Shown one piece after another: positions 12,711 to 26,000 of a stretch of DNA of 64,000 nt. The translations under genes were made by a program, and so were the position numbers. The stretch comes from Mobula birostris (lineage: Eukaryota): positions 83,945,717 to 84,009,716 of the forward strand of contig NC_092380.1 of NCBI RefSeq assembly GCF_030028105.1, given 5' to 3'. The notes beneath the pieces are model-generated. The model saw nothing but the letters and a program-made list of their open reading frames with translations, did no database searches and was not told the DNA's origin. Every line of letters begins with the position of its first letter. Positions within the stretch are counted from its first letter, which is position 1.

Positions 12711-14929
12711 ATTGTAGGTAAGTAATAAATCTTGTTCTTGTTAGTAATTTATACTATAGAAGAGTAAGAAAAATATTTTCCTTTAGCTATGAAATTACTA
12801 CTCTCATAAACTTTCTTATCACTCCTCACAGCAGTTTGTAACTAATACACATTAATTACATCAAAATTTCAACTATTTAAAATATGGTTGATATATATTA
12901 TCAAAAGGATTGCAGGTTCATTCATTCTCACAAATATATAGCTTTAGTATGATCTGAATAACATCAACAGCTTTCTGATAGAAGAGAATATATTCAAATC
13001 CTATGTTTGGATTCACTGAATATGTAGATAATCTCGAATAAAGGTAATTGCAAGCTTTGGGCTGAAGTGCTGTTCATTCTCCATTTGCTAAAGATAATTG
13101 ATCTAAAATACTCAATGTTTATTCAGTAGTTTTTACCGTGTTCATTTTTAATCGGTGGGTGAATATTGTTTCTAGCTTTCTGATGGCCAAGATGGCCAAT
13201 GCTGATGCAGGGGCCAGACTGAGCAGTTTTAGATTCCAGAAGAACCGGCAGGATGTAATTCTTCTGTCACTCTTGTCATTTCAGTCGACAGGATGGTGGG
13301 ATGCTGCTACTGAAATCTCAGTCTGCGTCTAGTATGCCTGGAACAAGGACAGATATGAACATAAACTGGTGCAGAGTATGCAGAGCACTGATAAGAAAAT
13401 AGCCAACACTCTGGTATGACCTAACCAGTAAAATAATTACACAATTGAGCAAATCAGGAAGGTCAGTTACCTACATCCTAAATAATGATGCTCATACAAA
13501 TGAATTTCAATGGCTTTACTTTCACAATTGCCCGTAGGCACACCATTTGAACATAGAATTTCCATGGTAATCCCATTAAAGAAAGTTACTGTCACTATAG
13601 CAATCCATTAATTCTGATTGTAAGTGTACTTAGCTATGTTTTTTCCGATCTTATGCAGATGAATACATTTTTCAATCCTCAGCGGGAAGAATATCTGGTG
13701 AGGGTTATTCATAAATCTTAAAAAACAATTAAATATAATTTGAGAAGAAAATAAGTAGATTACCTCCTTACTAACATTATCTGATAAACTCACATATCAC
13801 AAGCAATTTGTAAATTAAAGTTATATCATTTGCATTATAGTGCTGTGACAATTGTTTACTTAGAAATGCACCAAGAAAAGTCAGTACATTGTTCCAACCA
13901 GTAAGCTGGGTCAACAAAGGTTTGAAAAATATTTGAGTGGAAATTGATTTATGAAACAACTGAGATGAACCTGTTCTACAATCTATCTACTCATCCAGAC
14001 GAAGGTTCAATCTCAACATTTCAGCCATGGATAAAGTAATATATAAATTCTGGCAGTATTGGAAAGGGAAGAGAATGGATGGAATGCAAAATTAAAACTG
14101 GAAAATAGTAATTTGGTACATTTGTTTGCATCTTACCTAATGCAAGGTTCAGAAACATGACGGTGCAGAAAAAGGTCTATTTGGCATTGTATGGAAGTTA
14201 TATTATATTCATAGATATTGTGCTGGAATTTGCTGGGGAATCCTATGGTACATCTCATGATGTGTCAGTTCAGAGCCTCTTCTAGACTTACATGCAGACA
14301 TGCATGTCCTAAGTTTAATAGTTCGGTTCCACCACCAGTGACCTCACTGTGCTCTAGTGGTGACTCCATTCAATCGAACAGAGGAATACTGTTAAATGTA
14401 ATTACTTGCTTTAACAGTTTTAATTGTTAATAGGACATCAGAATTTTTTTAACTGATTTAACCAGTCTATTACATTAAAATATATTTTAGAGGATGTGAA
14501 TTGATTATGAATGAAATTTAAGTACCTCAGGATGCTGCAACATTTCGAAGTATTCATAGAACATTGGACAGCACGGCAGAACAGCCCTTTCAGCCCACAG
14601 CGTCTGTACCAACTATTAAGCATAGAGGAGCTTAATTGCTCAGTCATGCTCCTATTTCTTAAGCTATTTTGTCTGTGTATGCATGGCAGCTCAGTTACTA
14701 TATTGCTCCATGCTCCATTAACCTGGCATGGTAATCAGGAAGAAAGAAGGTCTGCTATATCTTGTCCCCATTAGTCCAGTTCTAATTCAACAGCAAAACT
14801 ATCTCCCGTTTTGGACTGGCTGAATCTCAGCCAGGAGCGCTTATAAGACAGAGCAGTATTAAGTTATTTAGGCCATCAAATCAGCTCCAACCTTCGATCA
14901 TGGCTAATTATCCCTCTCAACTGCATTCT

Positions 14930-15810
14930 GCTTCCAGCAAGTTGGCAGAGCATGTGAACGCAGCAGTCTCTCAAAGGCCAACCAAAGGTGCTTTTTTTTG
15001 TAAATTTTTTAATATATGATTCAAATTGAATTCTACTGCAAGAATTTCGGGTACTGCAGGGCTGCTCCATCAATGAGCTGCTTGTTGACCGAAGTAGCTG
15101 GACTGGTGTTGGTGGCGGAGCCGGCCAGGATATTGGAGAAGAAGCCGGTCGAAGTATCGGAAAAGGAGACATTAGGATATCAGGTGAGGATATCAGAGGA
15201 GCTGACCTGGCTGCAGACCATGTTGTTGCCTGCTACTCAGAAGCATCAAAGTTGGTGCACTATAACCATTGGAGATTGTCCCAGATTTTCCCTTGCAATT
15301 GGAAAGCTCTATTGGGCAGTGATAATGTAAGCTGCCACAGGCCTGTTACCATTGTCTGAGGGAGGGAGAGACAACATGGGAGCTGTGTAGCCTCAGTTGT
15401 AGTGAGGATTTGACCTTAAGCCTGGGGCTTGCCTACTGCTACAGACCAGGTGAGAAGATGAGGAAGGGTTACAGTGTGGCGTCTGCACTCATCTGGGGCC
15501 TGGGGGGGTGGGGGGGGGGGGGGTTTCAGATCAGTGCTGCCCTCTGGTGTTCAAATAGTGGAATGACAGACTGGATTGCATGTGTCTGCAGACTGCCAGT
15601 ATACTGTACCATCAATTGTCAGACATTGTTGCTCAGTCTTGGGCTACATATAGGTTTTTCTTTGAGTGAATATGCTTCTTTGCTCATTATTTTGAATTAT
15701 GTTACTTGCTATTTTGAAATGTTTGCTTGCTCTTTTAAATATTTTGCACCCGGCCACAGAGAAACGCTGTCTTAGTCAGCTGTATCTATGTATAGTTTAA
15801 TTTGATTTGC
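14930..15810 (+). mobile_element. Non-coding insertion with a Rex/Babar-like 3' tail (probable non-autonomous retroelement)
   Basis: Interrupts the CR1 3' end. Its tail (TTTTGCACCCGGCCACAGAGAAACGCTGTC..TGTATAGTT) resembles the tail at 5490-5545. Confidence 0.5.
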
Positions 15811-16129
15811 TTCTCCTGCATATCCCCATAACCTTTGGTACCTTTACTTATCAGAACCTATCAACCTCCACTTTAAATATACCCAACGACTTGGCCTCCA
15901 CAGTTTTTTGTGACCATGAATTCTACAGAGTCTCCATCCTGTGAATGAAGAAATTCATTTTTATCTCTTTCCTAAAGGGATGTTCTTTTATTCTGAGTAT
16001 GTGGCCTCTGGTCCTAGACACTCCCACGATTGGTATCATCCTCTCCATGTCCTCTTTTTTTAAGCCTTTCAATATTTATTATGTTTCAATGAGATTCCCC
16101 CTCTCCACCCAATCTTCTAACCTCTACAG

Positions 16130-16209
16130 CAGGAGTTCCCAACCTGGGGTGCATGGACCCCTCTGTTAATGTTAGGGGTCCTTGGCATAAAAACGGTTGG
16201 GAAACCCTG
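16130..16209. mobile_element. 80-bp hAT/Charlie-like MITE
   Basis: TIRs CAGGAGTTCCCAACC / GGTTGGGAAACCCTG (13/15). Flanks CTCTACAG / GTCTAGAC resemble the Charlie NTCTAGAN target. Confidence 0.7.
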
Positions 16210-18259
16210 GTCTAGACAGTACAGGCCCAGAACTACCAAGCATACCTTTTCAGTCCTGGGATCATTCCTGCAAATTCCTCTGGACCCTCTCCAATGCCAG
16301 CGCATCCTTTCTTAGATATGGAGCATAAAATTGCTCAAGTTGAAATGAATGCTAAATCGTATTTGCCTTTTTAACTACTGACTCATCCTGCAACTTAACC
16401 TTTAGGGAACCTGCACTCCAATTTCTGTGCACCTCCAATTTTGGATTTGCTCGCCACTTAGAAAATAGTCTACACTTTTATTCCTTCAACCACTTGCATA
16501 CACTCTGTTCCATCTGCCACTTTCTTGCCTACTTTTACAATCTGCCCAAATCCTTCTGCAGGCTCCCTGCTTCCTCAACACCACCTGCCCCTTCACGTAT
16601 CTCTGTACCTGCAAACTTGGTCACAAAGCCATCAATTCCAATATCTAGATCACTAGTATATCATGTGAAATGTAGCAAACCCAACACCAACCACTGTGGA
16701 ACACCAATAGCCACTGGCAGCCAATTAGAAAGGACCCCTGTTATTCCCATGCTTTGCCTCCCATCTGACAGCCAAACTTCAGCATTTTCTTTTAATACCA
16801 TGGGTTCCAATCTTGTTTAGCAGCATCATGAGTAGCACCTTGTCAAATACATTCTGAAAATTTAAGTAAACAGCATCCACTTACTCTCCTTTATCTATCC
16901 TGCCATTATTTTCTTAAAGAATTCTAACAGGGTTATCAGGCAAAATTTCCCCTTGTCAGGAAATCATGAAGACTTGGCCTATTTTATCATATACCTCAAA
17001 GTTACCCTATAAACGCATCCCTAATAGTGACTAACTCTTTGCCAACCACTGAAGTCAGGCTATCTCGCCTATAATTTCCTGTCTTTTGTCTCCCTTCCTT
17101 CTTAAAGAATGGAGTGGAATTTGTGATTTTCCAGTCTTCTGAAACCATTCCAGAATCTAGCGTTTCTTACAAAATCACTGCCAATGCCTGCACGATCTCT
17201 CAGCTACCTCTTTCAGAATCTTGGGGTGTAATCCATCTGGTCCAATCAATCTTTAGGCCTTTCAGCTTCCCAAGCACCTTCACTTTAGTAATAAAGTTTA
17301 CTCTATCTTCTGCTCCCTGGCACGCTTGAATTTCTGGCATGTTACTAGTGTCTTCCACAGTGAAGACTGCCACAAAATACAGATTCAGTTTGTCCACCAT
17401 TTCTTTGTTTAATATTACGAGCTCATCTATATCATTTCCCTATGGTCTGATATCCATTCTTGTCTGTCTTTAACTCTTTATATGTCTGAAAAATTTTTTG
17501 TAATCCTCTTTTATATTATTAGTGATAGGCTGGGTGCTACAATTAGTACATAAACCTCAGAGGACGCATGGCCAAATTCCATCCATTAGTCTGTGCTGCA
17601 TTAGCAAGTTACAGCCTTGTGGTTGGAGGGCTGAAGGGATTGCGATAGTGGCTACCAAAGGCCCCAGTTCCCCCCGGGATGATGTATTGCTTCTCATAAC
17701 TAATGAGCAGGTTATAGAGTGATCTCCATGAATTCTCACCTCCCTCAAAAGCATATTCTCCAACAGATGATGTGTTCAACTCTGGGCTTTCAACCAATTA
17801 TGTATCATGGCAGGTAAAAAAGTGAGAGTCACTTATTACCTCCAAAGAGAGTGCTTGAAATTTTTGTCATATGGCATATCTGAGCCTTAACTGAAGTAGC
17901 TGTCATTTTTTAAAGTAATTTGATTTTATCATTTTGTTTTTCTATTATAATGCATACCATCCTGACTTTGCAAAGCGCTTTGGCATTTTGTGGTGGTACA
18001 TAGCACTGTCACTAAATGTCAGCTGCAGATGCAAGGTGTTCACTATTATCAACAAGTTCTGGTCCATTAATCTCAGTTAAAGATCATAGCAAAGAGAAAA
18101 CTTATTCTGCAGTAGTAAACCTATCATTGGGATTTTCAAAGCATATCAGAAATAATGCAATTTTATAACAAATGAATCCCTCCCTTCCATACTAATATGA
18201 ACTACTCTTTGCATGTTATTGTTGTTCTGCACCATAATGTGGTGCATTGGGTGGAAATC

Positions 18260-18410
18260 TTGCTGTTTCTTTAGCATTTATTCTGTTTTGTTTTTATGAG
18301 GTCAAGTTGCTACCTCGACGCTCAACCCAGCACGGATGATAAGTGTACAAGGAGCCGGCCAGATTTGAACCTCGAAGTCCAGTGCCAATGCCACTGCACC
18401 ACCAGCCAGC
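18260..18410 (-). mobile_element. tRNA-derived SINE fragment, same family as 5678-5853
   Basis: Minus strand GCTGGCTGGTGGTGCAGTGGCATTGGCACTGGACTT...TAGCAACTTGACCTCATAAAA matches the 5678 copy. Confidence 0.65.
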
Positions 18411-18858
18411 ATGCTTTACAAAATAAAACCTATGACAAATTGACAACCACATTTCTCATATTGAGCAATTAAATGTGATATGGCACAAAGTATAAAATAT
18501 GGTCTCTGTGACTGTTGTTTACAGAGAGTTCTGCTTTCTTGCTGGAATTGTTACTGACTGACCTTTCTTAAGGTATTTTCTAGATCAGTGGTTCATTCAT
18601 ATTCATAGATCAGGTCCTGACTACTTTCAAAGATCTTACAGCATGCCACCAAAAACCTCCAAGCATCCTTAGATGAACATTTAAATCTTGATTGCAATAC
18701 TACACTGTCCAATAGAATATCCCTCATTATGAATCAAAAACTCTACTAAGTAATATACAAACATTCTTTATTATTGTGGTTCTTCAGTTACAATAATAAA
18801 AAAATAAGGCTTCTCTGTTCTCTTCATCACTGTGAATGTACACAGACTCACTCCAATT

Positions 18859-19171
18859 TTATACAGGCATCCGTTAGTCTCGTGAGACCATGGATTTGCG
18901 CCTTGGAAGGTTTCCAGTGCACAGGCTTGGGCAAGGTTGTATGGAAGACTGGCAGTTGCCCATGCTGCAAGTCTCCCCTCTCCACGACACTGATGTTATC
19001 CAAGGGAAGGGCATTAGGACCCATACAGCTTGGCACCGGTGTCGTTGCAGAGCAATGTGTGGTTAAGTGCCTTGCTCAAGGACACAACACGCTGCCTTAA
19101 CCAAGGCTCGAACTCGCGACCTTCAGATCACTAGAGGAACGCCTTAACCACTTGGCCACACGCCAACACTT
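18859..19171 (-). mobile_element. Full-length tRNA-headed SINE with a CORE-like domain and 9-bp TSD
   Basis: TSD ACTCCAATT at 18850-18858 and 19172-19180. A box TGGCCAAGTGG, B box GTTCGAGCC, CORE-like GTGTCCTTGAGCAAGGCACTTAACC. Confidence 0.85.
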
Positions 19172-19344
19172 ACTCCAATTGTGCTCTTAGAATATGCCCT
19201 CAGAATATCTGCTCACTTACACAGCAATATTTGTGCATTGAGGCAGGCTATCCTACAGAGAACATAACACAAGAAGAAATAGAAACAGGAGTAGGAAGCT
19301 TGTCCTGCCATTCGATAAGCAATCAGAGCAGCTGGACTCAATTC

Positions 19345-19620
19345 TTCTTTTATTTTATGTTGAGATGGAGTGGAACAGGCCCTTCCGGCCCCACGAGCTA
19401 CACAGTGCAGCAACCCACGATTTAACTTTAGCTCATCAGAGGACAACTTATAATGATCAATTAACCTACCAACGGGTACGTCTGTAGAATGTGGGAGGAA
19501 ACCAGAGCACCCGGAGGAACCACACCTGCTCATGAGAAGGACACACAAATTACTTCACAGATGGCATTGGAACTGTACTCTGATGCCTTGAGCTGTAATA
19601 GTATCTTGCTGACGGCCACA
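19345..19620 (-). mobile_element. V-SINE (HE1-like)
   Basis: Minus strand TCCTCCGGGTGCTCTGGTTTCCTCCCACA V-domain; CR1-like tail GGGCCGGAAGGGCCTGTTCC. Confidence 0.75.
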
Positions 19621-19629
19621 GTATCGTGG

Positions 19630-20230
19630 GTCCCCTCTTATCACAGTTGCCCATAACCCTTTACTTTTCAAATATTTATCCAGTTTTACTGTAAATATAT
19701 AAAATGATATAGTATACACCACCCACAGGGGCAGAGTATTCCAGAATTTCATTGATCTCTATGGTAGATGTGGATACAATAAGGTCTTTTTAGAAGTCCT
19801 TAGATAGGTACATGGAACTAAGAAAAATAGAGGGCTATGAGGGAGGGAAATTCTAGGCAGTTTCTAGAGTAGTTTACATGATTGGCATACCATTGTGGGG
19901 TGAAAGGCCTGTAATGTGCTGTAGATTCCTATGCATTCTCTGAGAGAGGAAAAAAAGCTTCTATGCACCTCAATTTTAAATTAGTTACCAATGAAAACAT
20001 CTCAACATCTACTTGCCATGTCCTCTGGGCGCCTTATACGTTTAAGTAAGGTAACCCCTCATTCTTCTGAACTCCAAGGAAGACAGACTCAAAATGCGTA
20101 GTGTTTATTGTTAGGACAACTTTCTCTTCCCAGAAGTAAGTCTGGTGAATTTCCTCTGGACTGCCTTGAATGCTACTATAACTTTTAAAGTAAGTAGACA
20201 AAAACTGTTCACAGTGTTTGCTGAACAACA
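19630..20230 (-). mobile_element. Old CR1 3' fragment containing a plus-strand CR1 3' end (about 19760-19935)
   Basis: AFKAVQRKFTRL and FWNTLP motifs on the minus strand. Confidence 0.6.
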
Positions 20231-20236
20231 GTTGCA

Positions 20237-20345
20237 AGTTCTGATGAAGAGTCTCAGCCCAAAATGTTGCCTGTTAGCTCCCCTCCATAGATGCTGCCTG
20301 ACTTGCTGTGTTCCTCCAGCATCTGCAGAATCTCTTGTGTTTATG
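20237..20345 (+). mobile_element. Penelope-like terminal-repeat fragment with degenerate hammerhead motif
   Basis: CTGATGA-AGAGTCTCAGCCC-AAAA-TGTT, then GATGCTGCCTGAC...CCAGCATCTGCAGAATC. Confidence 0.75.
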
Positions 20346-20535
20346 GCTGGCAATTTACAGTGGCCAGTTAGCCAACCAACCTGCATGCCTTTGTTATGCA
20401 GAGGAACTCCTGGAGGCAACCTGCGTGATCACAGAAGGACCATGCAAACTCCGCACATGCAGTGCCAGAGCTTAGGATTAATCCTCGGTCTTTCGAGCTG
20501 TGAGACAGCACCTCTTCCAGCTGCACCACTGTGCC
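20346..20535 (-). mobile_element. V-SINE fragment
   Basis: Minus strand TGTGCGGAGTTTGCATGGTCCTTC V-domain with a tRNA-like head. Confidence 0.65.
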
Positions 20536-23049
20536 AGACAAGTTCCTTCAAAATTTTAGAGACCAAATCATCCTTAGCTTTTGCTGGTGTTAATGAAGAG
20601 AATTGCTGTTGAGTTCTCCTCAAGGGTCAACATATTCCTATTTCCCACCCTTGCACATTGAGGTATAGAGTTTTAGAACACATTGGAGTCAGATAACAGT
20701 CCTCCAGACATTCTGAGCATTGAAACAACTTATTTCTGACTTCCTAGCAGGACTATCCTATGAAACTTCATTCACTGGAATACCAGATTAGATTCAATAA
20801 TTGGATGAAGGAATGTGATTTTCTTTAAAAAAATATTTAATTAATTTTATTTGATTCACAAACTGCCAAAAGACAGCAAGGACAGTTTAGGAGCAGGGTT
20901 ATAGCTTCCATTGCCCAAGAACCACTCTACATGTGGCCACGCTGCTTTGTGACAACTAGGTTCTGGACGAGATTGGATCTGTGGGGTTATGTCGAAGAGT
21001 TTACCGTGATTTATCACATTTACTGTAAAAGAATTTCATCACCAAATTACTGTCAGAGACTTTACTCTTCTGGAGAACAGAAATAAAGACATAGACCTCG
21101 GTATATGGTTTATGCTTTAAGAAGTGATCATAGGGAGGTGTTGGCTTACGATTCTGTCGATGTCCGGTTATATCTTAAATTTATGCAGTAAATTTCGGGT
21201 AATGGCCAACAGCCAAACATACTTGGTCAGCGATTTCAAGAAGCACTTGTTGGGTACCAGCAAATCTACAAATGTACTTGTGTGATGCACAAAAATAAAA
21301 TTGCACATATATAGTCTGTTCCTCTGTTAGCTAGACAATCTCGGACAAAGGTTACAATACCTCATCACTGGCATGATCTATTGCTAGCTATTGTTAGCTC
21401 GCACAAGACAGGCAGCATCTGCATCTTATCCTGTCACCCTTATGACCCAAGTCTTGAGTAATACTTTGCTAGTCAAGCTTGATAACAAAATTTAATTCAA
21501 AATTTAATTTTGCTCTTAATTTTCTTCCATAGGTTATAAGGGGTTAATGAAACATGAGGATCATGCAGTGTATGAACACCATAGAGTGTAAAGGCAATCT
21601 GCTCAATATATCTTCATAATACAACCCCATTGTATGGAAATCATGCCACCTACAAACGAAATATGGTTGTGAATTTAACAACAGAAGGGTGTTCGGCCCA
21701 AAACATTGACAGTTTACTCATTTCCATAGATACTTCCTGACCTGCTGAGGTCCTCCAGCATACAGTACTGTATCCATAAATGATGATTCAAGCTTCAGAA
21801 ATGACTAGTTTGTGGAATTTGTTGGTGATTTTCCTCCAGCTTTCTTATTATTCACCAATTAGAGAAAAACAGTCTTCAAAGGAAGTCAAATTAAAGCAAT
21901 GGAAGTAGTTGCTAAACCATTACAAATTTGTTATTAGGGTAACCTAATTTAATGGAAATTAATCTTATTTCACAGTGATACATAGGCCTACAGCATTTTT
22001 ATCTAATATGATATTGGAATTATATTGAGATACTACTGAGCAAATAACGCATTTATTTGAAATTCTCTCTATTTATTATGTGCAATGTAACTATTATTTC
22101 GATTGCAATGCAGAGCTAATATATCCAGTTCTTGTAAAAGAGCAGAGCATAAAATTCTATTTACATAATCTTTGCGATCATGACAAATGTCAAAAATCAT
22201 AATGCAGTCACAATCAATGAGATGGTCACTGATGCACAAAATGTTACAAATGCAAATAGCATTTCATTACAGTAAGACACCACTATTTGTCTGTCAAAGT
22301 CTAATCAGCGATCACTTTGCTGCATGGCTGGTTTTAATGGCTTCTGATTAGCTATTTGGAAGAGAGTAAAATAAACAATAGAATGCTATCATCTGTATCT
22401 GGAAATAATTGTCTAACACCAACAATTCAATTTCAGTTATAGTAGAAATAGCAATTAAGGAACTCTGCCCGTTCCTATTACTAGGTGTTGGCATCGACGA
22501 AAGACTAGGGTGGGTTATGGAAGTGCCTGGTTTACCTCCCATCATGTATTCAAGCCTACTGACAGTTTTTCAATCTGTTTCTGCAGATAAGGTAAAATTA
22601 ATTTGACAAACATAATTGCCACAATGTCTAAGAAAATATATACATGAAGTATGGAAAGATACATATTTTATCGGTTGCTTATCAAACCTTAGACAAGAAC
22701 GTGGTTCATTTGCAATTCTCTTTCATTGTTACTTCAATTCCCCTTCTCCTATCAATAGTTCCACATAACATTACTACTGTAATAACACATATATTTTTTC
22801 CAGTCTGTGCTCTCTTCATTTTCTCCTTGTGCTGGGATTAATCATCAATACAACTTATATTTGTATGTAGACACTCTTGCTAAGACACATGAGTTCTAAA
22901 TTATTATCGAAGGACAACAGGTGAAGGAGAATGAGATGGAGAAATCCCACCCAGCACCTCATCACCAATCATTTTAGTGGCTGCAATTAACTGCCAATCT
23001 CCTCTCCACCTCATCTCCACAGTCTCATCCTATTTCTGCCTCCATTTGT

Positions 23050-26000
23050 TTTGATCTCGTTCAGTGCTCTTCCACAGTTTCTCGAACTGAAATCTAAACT
23101 TCCTATCGGATCCTAACTGTTGCTACTTTTCTTTGTTCTTCCAGTCGCTACGCCCTCAGCGATTGTGGCTTGTGGACTTTCTCCTTCAACATCCAGTTTG
23201 GTTCCCTTGTCATTCCTGTCATTTCTGCACCTTCATTCATAGGTCCATATATCATTGGTTTCTCCATGACTATAAACTAAAGTATCAAATTGTGCAATGG
23301 TGGTGGAACACCCCAAAAAAGTAATTAAAGTGACAGTTTTTTGCGATGCGTTCCAAGAAATGTTTTGACGAGCCATCATTACTGAGGAAGATAAATGATC
23401 AACTATTTCCCCACAGTTTGCTAAGTATGAGGAAGACTAAAGGGTTCCAGTTACACACTTAACCATGTCCTAAGTCTCTAGCTCTTGCTTCCTTCCTAAT
23501 TATGTTGCTAGTCCCTGTTTCCAGATAGAGTATTAAGCACATTCCTGGTCCCTGGTTCTGGCCACACAGCTGACTACAGTTTGAGTCTTTGGTTCTGGCC
23601 TTCTGCCTAACCATATTCCCAATTTATGACTACTAACCACATCCTAATGTCTCGTTTCAGCTGGAAACATTGATGCTTGCCATATACCTAACCACATTCC
23701 TCTCCCCAGCTGTAGCACATATCTGATCATTTCCTGAACCCAATTCTAACAAGATCTTTACCCAACCCAGCAGAATAATCAGCATTTCCAGGCTTCATGC
23801 TCCAATACCAGAACAATCCCTGTGAAACATTTATAAAATATACCTTTTCAATATACTTATTAATGACAACTCTGTTTCCATTTAACAGATTTGCTTTGTT
23901 CACATCTCATATTGTGGATGATGGTATGTTTTCTGCATTTATCTAGAAATTTGACTGATTCAATCCAGTCAAGTCTTTGTGCTTGTTCATTTAAGACAAT
24001 ATCATTTTATCTCTTCTTAGTTATCTCCATTGTTTTCACCAGAAAATCAATTTCCATTGTTGTCAATATGAAGATTATCTTTCACTCCTTGTACCTGAAT
24101 TATCATAGAAATAACCTTGACAATGCATCTGACATTGCATTTATTTCAAGTTTTATGCTTGATCATGTAATCATATTGAGATTATAAAATGTTCCTCTTT
24201 GTCTTTTTGAAGAAGACAATGTCAGCATTGCAGTGTTATAACTAAAGAATGCCAACAAAGATGTGTCAACTGAACCAAGTGAAAGGTCTGCCCAATAGAA
24301 ACTGGTGAAGCTTTATCACTTGAGTCAATTACTAATGTCTTTTGCTCATCTGAGCAGTTTTTTTCCTTACACTTCATGAACACTATTGAATTTCCTTGAC
24401 CATCATCCACTGCATGGCTGATTATGGCTCCCTGTTCATAACTTGTAGCTTCACAGGCAAGTTTCAATGCACCAGATAAGGCAAAATGAACCAGCAATGA
24501 ATCACTCCCTAGATTCTTCCTGAATAAATCATTTGCCACTTGCTGTTCCCTGACCAAATTCTATTCCTCCCCCCCCCATTAGAAACTCAAGTAATGGTAT
24601 CAATCCTTTTGCAAAAACTGCCAGAATGTTAGAAATCTAGGACCATGGCTGAAAATAATCTTTCAGACTTTATTGCATTCATTTTGCTTCAACTCCACCT
24701 TTGACAATTTGCAAAGTGTTAGCTTTACTTTTAGCCAAAGGTATATTGTTTCTTTCTGAACAACTGTGTGCAAACTTCTTCTGAAGCTTACATTAGGTTG
24801 CTTTAGGTCCCTGAATACCGCTTCTCATAGTCACAGACTTTTCTCTTTAATACTTGTGGGTATCAGTACATCATTTTGACTGCATGGTCTATTGTTTGTA
24901 CTACCTTGTCCTTTATGGCTGGTAAGATCGTTAATAGCTTTACATCATAAAGTAGATAATTGCAGGAGTGAAAACACTTATATGCATTAATTATCAAATT
25001 TTTCTGACATTCTCTATCTATATTTACTGTAATAGATCTTGTTTAGTGAAAACTTTGATTCCCCTCAAATACACATATAAATTTTGTGAAACAGGCAATG
25101 TTTGAGGCCATTTGTCTGGTTCAACATGTCCTTGTAACCATCAGATAATCGAACAATCCCGTATACTTTAAGCACTATAATTAGTACCGTTTATCACTCG
25201 GGCGAGTTGCCACTTGAGCAGCATTTCAATCCAGTTCATCACAGTCTTGGATTAATTGACTCTTCAACACGATGCATTTGGTTAGATATAGTTATTGTGA
25301 CTGGTATCCTTAAATATTTTTGCAAATATCTTCAGTAGAATGTCTAAAACCTCTATCCACGTTGAAAACCTCTATCCAGTCTTGCTTCACTCAACTTTTG
25401 TCGCAATGTTTGTCAATCAACTTTTGTTGCAATGTTTGCAAATCAATTTTGGTCCATTATTTTAATCAATTATAAATATTAATATTTCTGTATGTTGCCA
25501 TGGTAAGCGTCTGATATACCCTACAGTTTTCAATACTTAATGTTGTTAAATCGACAATATTCTTTGTCAGTGGTACATGTGCCTTGCCTGTAATTGAGAA
25601 TTATATTAACCATGGCAGAACTCATGTCAATGCACTAACTATACTTTTGTCTTAAAATATTCTGCTTTCCATCCAGCCTTCCATTATCTCATTGGCTTCA
25701 ATAGTGTGTGACAGTTCTCTCTAAGGGATTTTGCTTAACTACCTTGGCTATAGACATACATACTGAGGTTCTGGCCAATCTTCTAAAGTTAAAACATTTC
25801 GCTGTTCTGAGTTGATGTGTGCAGTGGTTAATTTATTCTAGCCTCATCCACACATTTCAGGTTCTAATTTGAAACTCCAGCCTCACCATTGCACTATGAA
25901 TGTAAACTAGCATCCTATTAGTAGTTGTGTTTGACAAAATTCTTTGGCATTCCTCATTTCTATATCAACAGAAGTTGCAATTTTGCTTGTAAGTTCATGA

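Larger units (their letters stand above)
14860..17520 (-). mobile_element. Degenerate CR1 LINE ORF2 3' half carrying two nested insertions
   Basis: LNLYFVAVFTVEDTSNMPE and VLGKLKGLK on the minus strand; CR1 3' UTR near 14860-14925. Confidence 0.82.

Noticed and set aside
19095-19170. tRNA gene
   Set aside because: It is the tRNA-derived head of a TSD-flanked SINE; the same applies to 5678-5750.
22536-22580. Minus-strand exon candidate with good splice sites
   Set aside because: Stop codons in all three frames.
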